Origin: Chloroflexota bacterium
GTDB lineage: Bacteria > Chloroflexota > Limnocylindria > Limnocylindrales > CSP1-4
Assembly: GCA_021787395.1 (NCBI GenBank)
Contig: JAJYLZ010000008.1
Span: forward strand, 11,290 to 75,289
Reading direction: 5' to 3'
DNA: 64,000 nt
Shown here: positions 28,482 to 38,216 of the stretch, one piece after another
Position numbering within the stretch: the stretch's first letter is position 1
How the letters are laid out: each line of letters starts with the position of its first letter
The notes under the pieces: generated by a model
Told to the model about the DNA's origin: nothing
Databases searched by the model: none
Seen by the model: only the letters and a program-made list of their open reading frames with translations
Position numbers and translations under genes: made by a program

Positions 28482-29873
28482 TCAGCGGTCGTGGCCTGAC
28501 GCCTCCGGCTCGTCCACGACGACCTCCACCGGGGCGATGCCCGCCGACTCCAGCTCGCCGGCGATCCTGTCGTGGTCGCCCACCAGCACGATCGCGCACC
28601 GCTCCGGGTGGATGTGCTCGCGGGCGACCCGCAGGACATCGTCGGCCCGGACCGCCTCGATGGCGGCGCGGTAGCGGACGAGCTCGTCGTCGGGGAGGTC
28701 GTGGACGAACAGCCCGGCCAGCGACCCGGCCACCGGCCCCGGCGTCTCGAACCGCAGCGGGAACACGCCCACCAGGTAGTTCTGCGCCGCGGCCAGCTCG
28801 GCGGCAGAGACCGGCGCCTCGCGGATCCGCTCCAGCTCGCCGAGGAACTCGCGGATCGAGGGCACGGTGACCTCGGTGTTGACCGCGGCCCGGGCCGAGA
28901 ACGGTCCGGCGCCGCGCCGCAGGTCGAAGCCCGCGTACGCGCCGTAGGTGTAGCCCTTGTCCTCTCGCAGGTTGGTCATGAGCCGGGAGTTGAACAGCCC
29001 GCCCAGGATCATGCTCATGACCGAGACCGCGTGGTAGTCCGGGTGGCGGCGCGGGATGCCCGGGTGCCCGATCCGGATCTCGGACTGGACCGAGCCCGGC
29101 CGGTGGACCACCCGGATGAACCGCTCCTCGACCGCGCTGGCGGCGTCGGGCACCGGGGCGTCGGGCCGGCCGCCGGCCCAGTCCCCGAACAGCCGGCCGG
29201 CCATCGCCGTCACGGCCTCCGGGTCCACGTCGCCCACGACCACCAGGGCGGCGCCCTCCGGTCCGTACACGCTCTGGTGGACCGCCCGGAGCTCTGCCGA
29301 CGTCAGCCCGGCCACCGTCTCGGCGGTGCCCCCCGCCGGGCGGCGGTAGGGCGAGGACTCGGCGTAGACCGAGGACACGAACGCCTCGTCGGCGCGCCGG
29401 CGGGGGTCGGCCTTGGCCTGGATCAGGTCGTTCAGGCGCTCATCGCGCAGCCGGTCCACCTCGGAGGCGGGGAACGACGGCCGGCGCACCACCTCCGCCA
29501 GCAGCTCCAGCGCGGGCTCGAGGCGCGACGCCGGCACGTCCAGCCCGGCCGAGATCGCGTCCCAGCCAGCCTCGGCGTGCATCGAGGCGCCCAGGCGCTC
29601 GAAGGCCTCGGTCAGCGCGATCGCGTCGCGGAGCTCGGTGCCCTCGGTGAGGCCGCGGGCCCCGAGCACGGTCGCGCCTGCGACGGCCCCGGGCTCGTCC
29701 GCGGCGCCGGTCCGGATCGCCAGCGAGGCGGCCACGAGCTCGCGGCCGGGCATCGGGGTCACGACCACGCGCAGGCCGTTGGCCAGCACCGCGCGGTGCG
29801 TGTCGGGGAACTCGTAGCGGCGGGGCCGGCCCGGGACCGGCCGCTCCGCGATGATGCCCTCGGTCGCGCTCAT
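28482..29873 (-). CDS. M16 peptidase, non-catalytic partner subunit
   Basis: LANGL and FNSRLMTNLREDKGYTYG; no HxxEH. Confidence 0.88.
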   Translation of the reverse strand: MSATEGIIAERPVPGRPRRYEFPDTHRAVLANGLRVVVTPMPGRELVAASLAIRTGAADEPGAVAGATVLGARGLTEGTELRDAIALTEAFERLGASMHAEAGWDAISAGLDVPASRLEPALELLAEVVRRPSFPASEVDRLRDERLNDLIQAKADPRRRADEAFVSSVYAESSPYRRPAGGTAETVAGLTSAELRAVHQSVYGPEGAALVVVGDVDPEAVTAMAGRLFGDWAGGRPDAPVPDAASAVEERFIRVVHRPGSVQSEIRIGHPGIPRRHPDYHAVSVMSMILGGLFNSRLMTNLREDKGYTYGAYAGFDLRRGAGPFSARAAVNTEVTVPSIREFLGELERIREAPVSAAELAAAQNYLVGVFPLRFETPGPVAGSLAGLFVHDLPDDELVRYRAAIEAVRADDVLRVAREHIHPERCAIVLVGDHDRIAGELESAGIAPVEVVVDEPEASGHDR

Positions 29874-31240
29874 GCCTCGCCCTCCCGCTCGTCATCGGCT
29901 GCCCCCTCGCCGCCGGCGCCCTCGGGGCCCACCTCCTCGGCGGGCGCCTCGAGGGCCTCGGTCGCGCCGCCGGCCGGCAGGTAGGTGAGGACGACCCGGT
30001 TGTCCTCGCGGAACACCTGGGCGGCCACGTCGCGGATCTGCTCGGCGGTGACCGAGAGGTAGCGGGCGAGGACCGTGTTGACCAGGTCCGGGTCGTCGAA
30101 CAGCGTGGCGTACATCGAGAGGCGGTCGGCGCGCTCCTCGACGCGCGCGAGCGCGCCCAGCTCGTCGGCCTCGATGAGCGCCCGGGCGCGCTCCATCTCG
30201 TCGTCGCTCGGCGGCTCCGCGGCCAGCTTGGCCAGCTCGTCGAGGAAGGCGGCCTCGACCACCGCGGGGTCGACGCGCGGCCGGACGGTCGCGTAGCCCA
30301 GCACCGCCGACGCGCCGCCGACCGCCGGCAGGGTGGCGATCATGAGGTCCTGCGCGATCCGCTCCTCGCGCACGAGGCGCCGGGTGAGGCGGCTGCTCTT
30401 GCCGCCCGAGAGCAGCTGGGTGGCGACGTCGAGGGCGTCCAGGCGCGGGTCGCCGAACGCCGGGCCGCGGAACGCGAAGCAGATCCGAGGCAGCGGCACC
30501 TTCTCGACCACCACCTCCCGCTTCTCCTCGCCGATGACCGGCGGCAGCGACAGGTCGGGCAGCGCCGGGATGGCGGGGTTGCCCGGGATGGCCCCGAAGT
30601 AGCGGTCCACCCAGCCGCGCACCTGGGCGCGGTCACAGTCCCCGACCACGGAGATCACGGCGTTGTTGGGCACGTAGTAGGTCTGGAAGAAGTGGCGCAC
30701 GTCCTCGAGCGACGCGGCGTCGAGGTCCTCCATGGACCCGATCGTCGGGTGGTGGTAGGGATGCCACTCCGGGAACAGGTGCCCGAGCAGCTTGTGGACC
30801 CAGGTGCCGTACGGGCGGTTGTCGTAGCTCCAGCGCTTCTCGTTCTTGACCACGTCGCGCTGGTTGTCGAGGTTCTCCTGCGACAGCGCCTCGAGCAGGG
30901 TGCCCATCCGGTCCGCCTCCAGCCACAGCGCGAGCTCGAGCTGGTGCGAGGGCATCGTCTCGAAGTAGTTGGTCCGGTCCAGCCACGTGGTCCCGTTGAG
31001 CGTCCCGCCGGCCGCCTGGACGAGCGCCATGTGCTCCGACTTCCCGACGTGCGCGCTGCCCTGGAACATCACGTGCTCGAACAGGTGCGCGAAGCCGGTC
31101 TTGCCCGGGACCTCGTGCTTGGAGCCGACGTTGTACCAGACGTTGACGGCGACGACGGGCGCGAGGTGGTCCTCGGCGACGATCAGGCGCAGGCCGTTGG
31201 GCAGCCGCTCATCGCTGAACGAGACGACGGGTACGGGCAT
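29870..31240 (-). CDS. M16 zinc peptidase, catalytic subunit
   Basis: GFAHLFEHVMF (HxxEH), NGTT..DRTNY and VVKNEKR. Confidence 0.92.
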   Translation of the reverse strand: MPVPVVSFSDERLPNGLRLIVAEDHLAPVVAVNVWYNVGSKHEVPGKTGFAHLFEHVMFQGSAHVGKSEHMALVQAAGGTLNGTTWLDRTNYFETMPSHQLELALWLEADRMGTLLEALSQENLDNQRDVVKNEKRWSYDNRPYGTWVHKLLGHLFPEWHPYHHPTIGSMEDLDAASLEDVRHFFQTYYVPNNAVISVVGDCDRAQVRGWVDRYFGAIPGNPAIPALPDLSLPPVIGEEKREVVVEKVPLPRICFAFRGPAFGDPRLDALDVATQLLSGGKSSRLTRRLVREERIAQDLMIATLPAVGGASAVLGYATVRPRVDPAVVEAAFLDELAKLAAEPPSDDEMERARALIEADELGALARVEERADRLSMYATLFDDPDLVNTVLARYLSVTAEQIRDVAAQVFREDNRVVLTYLPAGGATEALEAPAEEVGPEGAGGEGAADDEREGEA

Positions 31241-31324
31241 CCGGAATGGACCCTCGGGTGACGGGGTGGGTCCGGCGATTGTAGGGCGCGCGGGCCGATG
31301 CGGGGAGCGCGGCCCGGGCCGGCG

Positions 31325-31786
31325 TCACAGGGGCACGGCTGCCGCGAGGACCGTCAGCGCCAGGGCGACCACGAACGAGTCGCGGAGCATCCTCCTCAGG
31401 GCCGCCATGTCCACCGCGTGGGCGGCCTCGTCCTCGACCCGCCGGACGGTCCCGTACGTGCTGCCGAAGTTGGACCGCCGGCCGATCGCGTAGGCGCCGC
31501 AGAACCGGCGCCGCGCCTGCAGCACCGAGAACGCGCCGCCCCACGCCGGCAGCAGGACGAGCGCGCGCGCCGCCACCGGCGCGTGGAGCGCGATCAGCGC
31601 CAGGGCCAGCAGCGCGGCCGCGGCGAGGCCGAGGATGCCGAAGGCCCAGCGGCGCCGGACCTCCCAGGGGCCGATGTTGCAGACGCCGGGGACGTAGCCG
31701 TCGCCGACGGGCTCGATGGACAGTTGGCTGGGTCCGGGTCGGGTGGTGGTCATCGGTTCCTGCTGGGCTCGTTCGGTCGCGGTCAC
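31325..31786 (-). CDS. small membrane protein of unknown function
   Basis: YVPGVCNIGP..RRR followed by 3 hydrophobic segments; QARRRFC; start may be 31753. Confidence 0.75.
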   Translation of the reverse strand: MTATERAQQEPMTTTRPGPSQLSIEPVGDGYVPGVCNIGPWEVRRRWAFGILGLAAAALLALALIALHAPVAARALVLLPAWGGAFSVLQARRRFCGAYAIGRRSNFGSTYGTVRRVEDEAAHAVDMAALRRMLRDSFVVALALTVLAAAVPL

Positions 31787-31832
31787 CCCCCTGTTCGCCC
31801 GTCGGTCGGCCGCGGATGCCCCGGGCGCGCCC

Positions 31833-34800
31833 TCAGGCGCCGGCCGGCGCGCCTCCCCGAACCGGATCGGGCCGTCTGGACGCGGGGACCCAGTCGGTCA
31901 GCGGGCGCACCTCGGCGATCGAGTCCACGAGCGACGGGTCCAGGGCCTCGGCGGCCGCCGCGCCCGTCTCGATCGAGGTGAAGCACAGGATGCCCTCGGC
32001 GATCGTGGCGTGGCGGATGTCCGCGGCGTCCCGCACCGGCCCCGAGCGCGGCGTGGGCGTGTTGACCACGAGGCGCACCCGGCCCGACGCGATCAGCTCC
32101 AGGATGCCCGCCTCGTCGCCGGCGGGCTCGGCGCCGAGCTTGGCGACCGGCAGGATCCCGGTGATCCCGACGCGCTCGAGCAGCGCCCGGGTGCCGGCGG
32201 TCGCGGCCAGGCGGTAGCCGGCCCGGACCAGCGCGCGGCCGAGGACCTTGAGCCCCCACTTGTCGCGGTCGGCGATGGACAGCAGCGCGAGCGGCGGCTC
32301 GCCCTCGCCCGCGCGGGGCGGGATGAGCGCGGCGCCGGTGAGCGCCTTCGCCATCGCGACCGGCGCCCGGTCCGAGATCCCGATGACCTCGCCGGTCGAC
32401 TGCATGAACGGCCCCACCGAGGGGTCCACGCCCCTGAGCTTGGCCGTCGAGAACGCGGGCGCCTTGACGGCGACGAAGTCGGGCGGGGACATCAGGCCGC
32501 CGCCGCGGCCCATGGAGCGGAGCGTCTCGCCCAGCGAGATCCGCACGGCGAGCTCCACCATCGGTACGCCGGTGACCTTGGACAGGAACGGGACGGTGCG
32601 CGAGGCGCGCGGGTTGACCTCGATCAGGTAGACGCCGTCGTCGCGGACGATGAACTGCGCGTTGACGAGGCCGCGGGCGCCCAGCGCGAGGCAGACGCGC
32701 TCCATCGTCGCCACGATCAGGTCGCAGTCGGCCGCGCCCACGCTCTGGGGCGGGAACCAGGCGATCGAGTCGCCGGAGTGGATGCCCGCCCGCTCGACGT
32801 GCTCGAGCAGTCCGGGGATGAGGACGTCGGTCCCGTCGCACACCGCGTCCACGTCCACCTCGATGCCCTCGAGGAAGCGGTCGATGCGCACGGGCCGGTC
32901 GGGGTCCACCACCGCCGCGGCGGCGAGGTGGCGGACGAGGTCCTCGGGCGAGTACGCGAAGTCGATGGCGAGGCCGCCGATGACGAACGACGGGCGGACG
33001 ATGACCGGGTAGCCGATGCGGTCGGCCAGCGTCAGCGCCTCCTCCACGCTCTCGGCCATGCCGCCCTCGGGCTGCGGGATGCCGAGGCGGTCGAGCAGCG
33101 CGGAGAAGCGGGTCCGCTCCTCGGCCTGGTCGATGGCCTCGAGGTCCGAGCCGAGCAGCGGCACGCCCGAGCGGACCAGCGGGGCCGCGAGGTTGAGCGG
33201 CGTCTGGCCGCCGAAGGCCACCACCGCGGGCAGCGCCCGGCCCGCCGAGAGCCCCTCGGGCCCGCCGCTCTCGAACTCGACGATGCTGCGCACGCTCTCC
33301 GGGTCGAGCGGCTCGAAGTACAGGCGGGTGGACGCGTCGAAGTCCGTGGACACCGTCTCGGGGTTGGAGTTGACCATCACCGCGCTCCACCCGTGGCGGC
33401 GCAGCACGTCCGCGGCCTGGACGGCGCAGTAGTCGAACTCGATCCCCTGCCCGATCCGCACCGGGCCGCTGCCGATGACGAGCGCGCCGGGCCGGTCCAC
33501 GGCCGGCGCCTCGGGCGCCGAGCCGGCGGCGGCGTAGGTGGAGTAGAAGTACGGCGTCTCGGCCGCGAACTCGGCGGCGCAGGTGTCCACCATGGCGTAG
33601 CCCGGCGACAGGCCGAGCCTCGCCCGGGCGGCGCGGACGGCGGGCTCCCCCACCCCGGCCAGGGCGCCGAGGTCGCGGTCCGAGAACGCGAACCGCTTGG
33701 CGGTGGCCAGCAGGGCCGCGCCGTCGGCGTCGTCCGGGTCGGCGAGCCGCGCGCCCATCGCCCGCACGTCCGCCTCGAGCTCGATGCTCCGCCCCATCTC
33801 CGCGAGGAACCAGGCGTTGATGCCGGTGACCCGCCGGACGACCTCCTGCGGCACGCCCCGGCGCAGCAGGCCCAGCACCCGCCACAGCCGCGAGTCCGAC
33901 GGGACCAGGAACTGGCGCAGCACGATCGGGGCGGCCGAGCGCTGGGCGAGCCGCGTGCTCTCGCAGGCCTGGCCGCGCTCGTCCAGCCAGCGGATCGGCG
34001 CGTCGCGGATGGTGAGGCTGTCGAGTCCGCCCACGCCCCAGCGGACGCCGTCGCCCGCGTCGTCGTGGTCCACCCCGCCGTAGACCGCGGCGAGGTAGTC
34101 GAGCGTGGGCCGCCACGAGGGGTCCTCGCCGAGCGGGCCGGCGCCCGCCTGCTCCAGGCCCCGGAGCGCCTTGTTCAGCGCCGCGCCGAACGTGCGGTCG
34201 ATCGCCATGACCTCGCCGGTCGCCTTCATCTGGCTGCCCAGGCGGCGGTCGGCGGTCGGGAACTTGTCGAACGGGAAGCGCGGCAGCTTGACCACGACGT
34301 AGTCCAGCGCCGGCTCGAACGCGGCCACGGTGGTGCCGGTGACCACGTTGGGGATCTCGGCCAGGGTCCGGCCCGCGGCGATCTGCGCGGCCACCCGGGC
34401 GATCGGGTAGCCGGTGGCCTTCGAGGCCAGCGCCGAGCTCCGGCTGACCCTGGGGTTGACCTCGATCACCGCGTAGTCGGCCGAGTCCGGCGACAGCGCG
34501 AACTGCACGTTGCAGCCGCCCTCCACGCCCAGCGCCCGGATGATCGCGAGGGCCGCGCTCCGGAGCCGCTGGTGGACCGAGTCGGTGAGCGTCTGGACGG
34601 GGGCCACCACGATCGAGTCCCCGGTGTGGACGCCCAGCGGGTCCACGTTCTCCATGGAGCACACGGCGATGCACGTGTCCTCGGCGTCGCGCATCACCTC
34701 GTACTCGATCTCCTGCCAGCCCGACAGGTAGCGCTCCACCATCACCTGGTGGATCGGACTGGCGCGGAGGCCCGACCGGACGCGCTCCCAGAACCCGTCC

Positions 34801-35402
34801 ACGCTCTCGACGATGCCGCCCCCGGTTCCGCCGAGGGTGAACGCCGGGCGCACGATGGCCGGCAGGCCGATGACGCGGAGCGCCTCCTCGGCCGAGGCTC
34901 GGCGGGCCGCCTCGTCCGGCCCCTCCACGATCGCGGACGGCGCGTACGGCTGGCCCAGGCGGTCGAGCAGGTCGCGGAACGCCTCCCGGTCCTCCGCCAT
35001 GCGGATGGCGTCGAGCGGGGTGCCCAGCAGCCGGACGCCGTGGCGCTCCAGCACCCCCGCCTCGGACAGGGCCATCGCCAGGTTGAGCGCGGTCTGGCCG
35101 CCCAGCCCGGCGAGCAGGCCCTCCGGCCGCTCGCGCGCGATGACCGACTCGATGGCCGGCACGGTGAGCGGCTCCAGGTACACGGCGTCGGCGACCGCGG
35201 GGTCGGTCATGATCGTGGCCGGGTTGGAGTTGACGAGGATCGTCCGGACCCCCTCCGCGCGCAGGGCGCGGCAGGCCTGGGTGCCCGCGTAGTCGAACTC
35301 GGCCGCCTGGCCGATGACCACCGGGCCGGACCCCAGGATCAGCACCGACGAGGGCCTGGGCCGGTGCGCGCGGACGGGCGGGCTGGGCGGCGCTGCGGCC
35401 AT
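31833..35402 (-). CDS. carB: carbamoyl-phosphate synthase large subunit
   Basis: GSGPVVIGQAAEFDY, duplicated ATP-grasp halves, EVNPRVSRSS, GSGPVRIGQGIEFDY, MGS domain. Confidence 0.97.
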   Translation of the reverse strand: MAAAPPSPPVRAHRPRPSSVLILGSGPVVIGQAAEFDYAGTQACRALRAEGVRTILVNSNPATIMTDPAVADAVYLEPLTVPAIESVIARERPEGLLAGLGGQTALNLAMALSEAGVLERHGVRLLGTPLDAIRMAEDREAFRDLLDRLGQPYAPSAIVEGPDEAARRASAEEALRVIGLPAIVRPAFTLGGTGGGIVESVDGFWERVRSGLRASPIHQVMVERYLSGWQEIEYEVMRDAEDTCIAVCSMENVDPLGVHTGDSIVVAPVQTLTDSVHQRLRSAALAIIRALGVEGGCNVQFALSPDSADYAVIEVNPRVSRSSALASKATGYPIARVAAQIAAGRTLAEIPNVVTGTTVAAFEPALDYVVVKLPRFPFDKFPTADRRLGSQMKATGEVMAIDRTFGAALNKALRGLEQAGAGPLGEDPSWRPTLDYLAAVYGGVDHDDAGDGVRWGVGGLDSLTIRDAPIRWLDERGQACESTRLAQRSAAPIVLRQFLVPSDSRLWRVLGLLRRGVPQEVVRRVTGINAWFLAEMGRSIELEADVRAMGARLADPDDADGAALLATAKRFAFSDRDLGALAGVGEPAVRAARARLGLSPGYAMVDTCAAEFAAETPYFYSTYAAAGSAPEAPAVDRPGALVIGSGPVRIGQGIEFDYCAVQAADVLRRHGWSAVMVNSNPETVSTDFDASTRLYFEPLDPESVRSIVEFESGGPEGLSAGRALPAVVAFGGQTPLNLAAPLVRSGVPLLGSDLEAIDQAEERTRFSALLDRLGIPQPEGGMAESVEEALTLADRIGYPVIVRPSFVIGGLAIDFAYSPEDLVRHLAAAAVVDPDRPVRIDRFLEGIEVDVDAVCDGTDVLIPGLLEHVERAGIHSGDSIAWFPPQSVGAADCDLIVATMERVCLALGARGLVNAQFIVRDDGVYLIEVNPRASRTVPFLSKVTGVPMVELAVRISLGETLRSMGRGGGLMSPPDFVAVKAPAFSTAKLRGVDPSVGPFMQSTGEVIGISDRAPVAMAKALTGAALIPPRAGEGEPPLALLSIADRDKWGLKVLGRALVRAGYRLAATAGTRALLERVGITGILPVAKLGAEPAGDEAGILELIASGRVRLVVNTPTPRSGPVRDAADIRHATIAEGILCFTSIETGAAAAEALDPSLVDSIAEVRPLTDWVPASRRPDPVRGGAPAGA

Positions 35403-35406
35403 CGCG

Positions 35407-36570
35407 TCAGCCGCCCCGCCGCGCCGCGTCCACGAACCGGTCGAACACGGCCAGCGCGTCGAGCGGCCCCGGGGCGCCCTCGGGGTGGTACTGGACGGTC
35501 TCGATCGGCTTCTCCGCGTGGCGGAGGCCCTCGACGGACCGGTCGTTGAGGTTGAGCTGGCTCACGCGGAACCCCGACCCGTCGGGCAGCGTCCCCCCGA
35601 GCACGTGCACCTCGTGGTTCTGCGCGGTCACCTGGACGTAGCCGGTGTCGAGGTCCTGCACCGGGTGGTTCGCCCCGTGGTGGCCGAAGCGGAGGCGGCC
35701 CGTCTCGGCGCCGGCCGCCCGGGCGACGATCTGGTGGCCCAGGCAGATGCCCAGCAGCGGCCGGCCGTCCTCGATGATCCGCTGCGCCAGCGCCACCGGA
35801 CCGGCGAGGCGCGCCGGGTCGCCCGGGCCGGGCGAGAGGACGACGCCGTCCACGTCGTCGGCGAGGACATCGTCCGCGGTCGCCGTGTGGGGGAGGATCC
35901 GGACGCGGGCCCCGCGGCGGCGGAGCGACCGGACGATGTTGGCCTTGAGGCCGAAGTCCACGATGGCGATCAGCGGCGCGTCCGGGTCGTCGCCGAGCTC
36001 GGCCACCTCGGCCGGCGAGACCTGGGCGACGAAGTCCTGGTCCTCCCAGCGCGGCACGGCCCGGGCCATGGCGATCGCCGTGTCGCGGTCGGTGACGCCG
36101 GGCGCGGTGATGACGCCCCGGAGGCAGCCGTTCGCGCGCAGGTGCCGGGCGAGGGCGCGCGTGTCCACGCCCGCGATGGCCGGGATGCCGTAGCCGCGCA
36201 GGAGCGTCGCGAGCTGGCGGGCGTCCTCCAGCACGGCGGCCGTGGCGTGGGCCACCACCAGGCCGCGGAGCCAGGGCCGGGACGACTGGTCGTCGTCCTC
36301 CAGGCGCCCGTAGTTGCCGATCAGCGGATACGTCATCACCACCACCTGCCCCGCGTAGGACGGGTCGGTGGCGATCTCCTGGTAGCCGGTCTGGCTGGTG
36401 TTGACCACCAGGTCGCCGCCCGAGGCCACGGGCGCCCCGAACGCGATGCCGGGGAACACGGTGCCGTCCTCGAGGGCGAGCAGCGCCGGTCCCGCGTCGC
36501 CGACACGCGGATCGACGATCGCGTCGGCGCGCGGCAACGGCGGTCGGTGGGATGACGGTGGGGCGATCAC
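35407..36570 (-). CDS. carA: carbamoyl-phosphate synthase small subunit
   Basis: LEDGT, TGYQE..TDPSY, SPGPGDP, GICLGHQ and QYHPE. Confidence 0.97.
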   Translation of the reverse strand: MIAPPSSHRPPLPRADAIVDPRVGDAGPALLALEDGTVFPGIAFGAPVASGGDLVVNTSQTGYQEIATDPSYAGQVVVMTYPLIGNYGRLEDDDQSSRPWLRGLVVAHATAAVLEDARQLATLLRGYGIPAIAGVDTRALARHLRANGCLRGVITAPGVTDRDTAIAMARAVPRWEDQDFVAQVSPAEVAELGDDPDAPLIAIVDFGLKANIVRSLRRRGARVRILPHTATADDVLADDVDGVVLSPGPGDPARLAGPVALAQRIIEDGRPLLGICLGHQIVARAAGAETGRLRFGHHGANHPVQDLDTGYVQVTAQNHEVHVLGGTLPDGSGFRVSQLNLNDRSVEGLRHAEKPIETVQYHPEGAPGPLDALAVFDRFVDAARRGG

Positions 36571-36627
36571 TCAGATCCCGGCGGTGCGCGGCGCGCGGGC
36601 GCCGGCGGCGGGCAAGCGAAGGTGCAT
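36571..36627 (-). CDS. putative 18-aa leader peptide (MHLRLPAAGARAPRTAGI) abutting carA
   Basis: GGAGG at 36632-36636, ATG at 36627; its TGA directly precedes the carA GTG. Confidence 0.55.
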   Translation of the reverse strand: MHLRLPAAGARAPRTAGI

Positions 36628-36638
36628 GCGGCCTCCTA

Positions 36639-36688
36639 CCCGGCCTCTCCGGACCGGTACGCCGGCCTCACGGGACCGGCTCTCAGGA
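36639..36688 (-). promoter_or_regulatory. two tandem PyrR-binding-type RNA hairpins
   Basis: GCCGGTCCCGTGAGGCCGGC (36680-36661) and CCGGTCCGGAGAGGCCGG (36657-36640) both fit the RGUCCNGNGAGGY loop motif; upstream of carAB. Confidence 0.78.
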
Positions 36689-36695
36689 CGCCCGA

Positions 36696-36704
36696 ACTGT
36701 ACCA
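36696..36704 (-). promoter_or_regulatory. extended -10 promoter TGnTACAGT for carAB
   Basis: Minus-strand TGGTACAGT just upstream of the PyrR hairpins. Confidence 0.6.
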
Positions 36705-36755
36705 CGCGGCAGGGCGGCAGGCCCGGGGGCGGGGCGCTCGCCCGCCCGACGAGGG

Positions 36756-38216
36756 CTACCCCAGCAGGGCCGATGATGCGGGCGGCGCCTCGCCGCCGGC
36801 GCGACCGCGGTCGGGGGGCGAGGGGGGCTCCGGAGCCGGCACCGGCAGCTCGACGCGGAACGCCGCGCCGCCGCCCGGCCGGTTGGCGACGCCGATGCGC
36901 CCGCCGTGGCGGTCCACGATCCACTTGGCGATGGCCAGGCCGAGGCCCGTCCCGCCCGACGGCGCGCCCGGCGCCCGCCAGAACCGGTCGAACACGTGCG
37001 GCATGTCCTGCTCGCGGAGGCCGGGCCCCTGGTCGTCCACCTCCACCGAGGCCACCCCGTTCCCGGAGCGCACGATCACGCTGACCTGGCCGTTCCGGGG
37101 CGAGTGGCGGATCGCGTTGTCCACGAGGATCGTCACCAGCTGGCGCAGCCGCCCGGGGTCGCCGTCGAGCATCGTGGGCTCCGGGTCGACCTCGACGTGC
37201 ACGCCCCGGTCTGCGGCCATCCGCCCGAGCGCACCGGCTGCCTCGAACGCGATGTCGCCGAGGTCCAGCGGCATCCGGTCGAGCGCCACGGCGCCGGAGT
37301 CGGAGCGGGCCAGCAGCAGGAGGTCGTCGACCAGGGCCGTCAGGTGGGCCACCTCGGCGTCGATGTCGTCGAGCGCCTCGCGCTGCTGCCCCACGGCCGC
37401 GTCCGGGTGGCGGGCGAGGTGCTCCAGCGAGGAGCGGATCACCGTGAGCGGCGTGCGCAGCTCGTGGCTGGCGTCGGCGGCGAACTCGCGCTGGCGACGA
37501 AGGGCTCCGCGCTGGGCTTCGAACGACTGCCGGATGGGCACCAGCGCGCGCCGGGCGTAGACGTAGCCGAACAGCACCGAGACCACGACCACCAGCCCGC
37601 CGCCCACCAGCAGCACGGTGACCAGCGACTGCAGCGTCTCGACCTCGACGGACCGGTCCTGGAGGGCCTGCAGGAAGTAGGTCTGGCCGTCCACGCGGTA
37701 CACGAACCGCTGGGTCATCAGGCGGGCCGGGAAGACCGACGTGCCGACGGTGATGTTGACCTCCCGGATGTCGCGCCCGTCGGCCGCCGCGCTCGCTGCG
37801 GCCAGGCTGCCGTCCACGGGCATCCCGGCCAGCGCAGGCGCGGGCTGGCGGTTGAGCTGGACCTGGTTGCCGCTGGCGTCGAAGGCGTAGAGCCAGACGC
37901 TGCCGCGTCCCGTCTGCAGGCCGAACTGCGAGTCCGGCGCGTCCGTGCCGGCACTGCCGTCGGGGCTCGGCTGGCCGGTCAGCGAGGCGACGACCGGGTT
38001 GACCACCGAGTCCAGCTTCGTGACCGAGGCGTTGTACAGGGTGTTGGCGACCACCGCGTACAGCGCGCCGCCGAGCACCAGGAGCACCACCAGCGTGGAG
38101 ACGCCGCTCCACAGGACCAGGCGGCGGCGGGTGTGCGCGATCAGCCGATGCTCGTCGGCCAGCGACTCCTGCTCGGCGCCGTCGTCGCGCGGGTCGACCG
38201 CGATGCCGTCAGCCAT
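36756..38216 (-). CDS. membrane sensor histidine kinase (MprB-like)
   Basis: Two TM helices; ADASHELRTP, N-box DNAIRH, DDQGPG, FDRFWR and GTGLGLAI. Confidence 0.93.
   Translation of the reverse strand: MADGIAVDPRDDGAEQESLADEHRLIAHTRRRLVLWSGVSTLVVLLVLGGALYAVVANTLYNASVTKLDSVVNPVVASLTGQPSPDGSAGTDAPDSQFGLQTGRGSVWLYAFDASGNQVQLNRQPAPALAGMPVDGSLAAASAAADGRDIREVNITVGTSVFPARLMTQRFVYRVDGQTYFLQALQDRSVEVETLQSLVTVLLVGGGLVVVVSVLFGYVYARRALVPIRQSFEAQRGALRRQREFAADASHELRTPLTVIRSSLEHLARHPDAAVGQQREALDDIDAEVAHLTALVDDLLLLARSDSGAVALDRMPLDLGDIAFEAAGALGRMAADRGVHVEVDPEPTMLDGDPGRLRQLVTILVDNAIRHSPRNGQVSVIVRSGNGVASVEVDDQGPGLREQDMPHVFDRFWRAPGAPSGGTGLGLAIAKWIVDRHGGRIGVANRPGGGAAFRVELPVPAPEPPSPPDRGRAGGEAPPASSALLG

Noticed and set aside
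33925-34110. Intein in CarB
   Set aside because: No N-terminal Cys/Ser plus C-terminal His-Asn junction, and too short
31716-35549. 1277-aa + strand ORF, and many similar long ORFs (e.g. 9733-12441, 16529-17647 extension, 51446-53539)
   Set aside because: Antisense or alternate-frame shadows of real genes in very high-GC DNA; Arg/Gly/Pro-rich with no motifs
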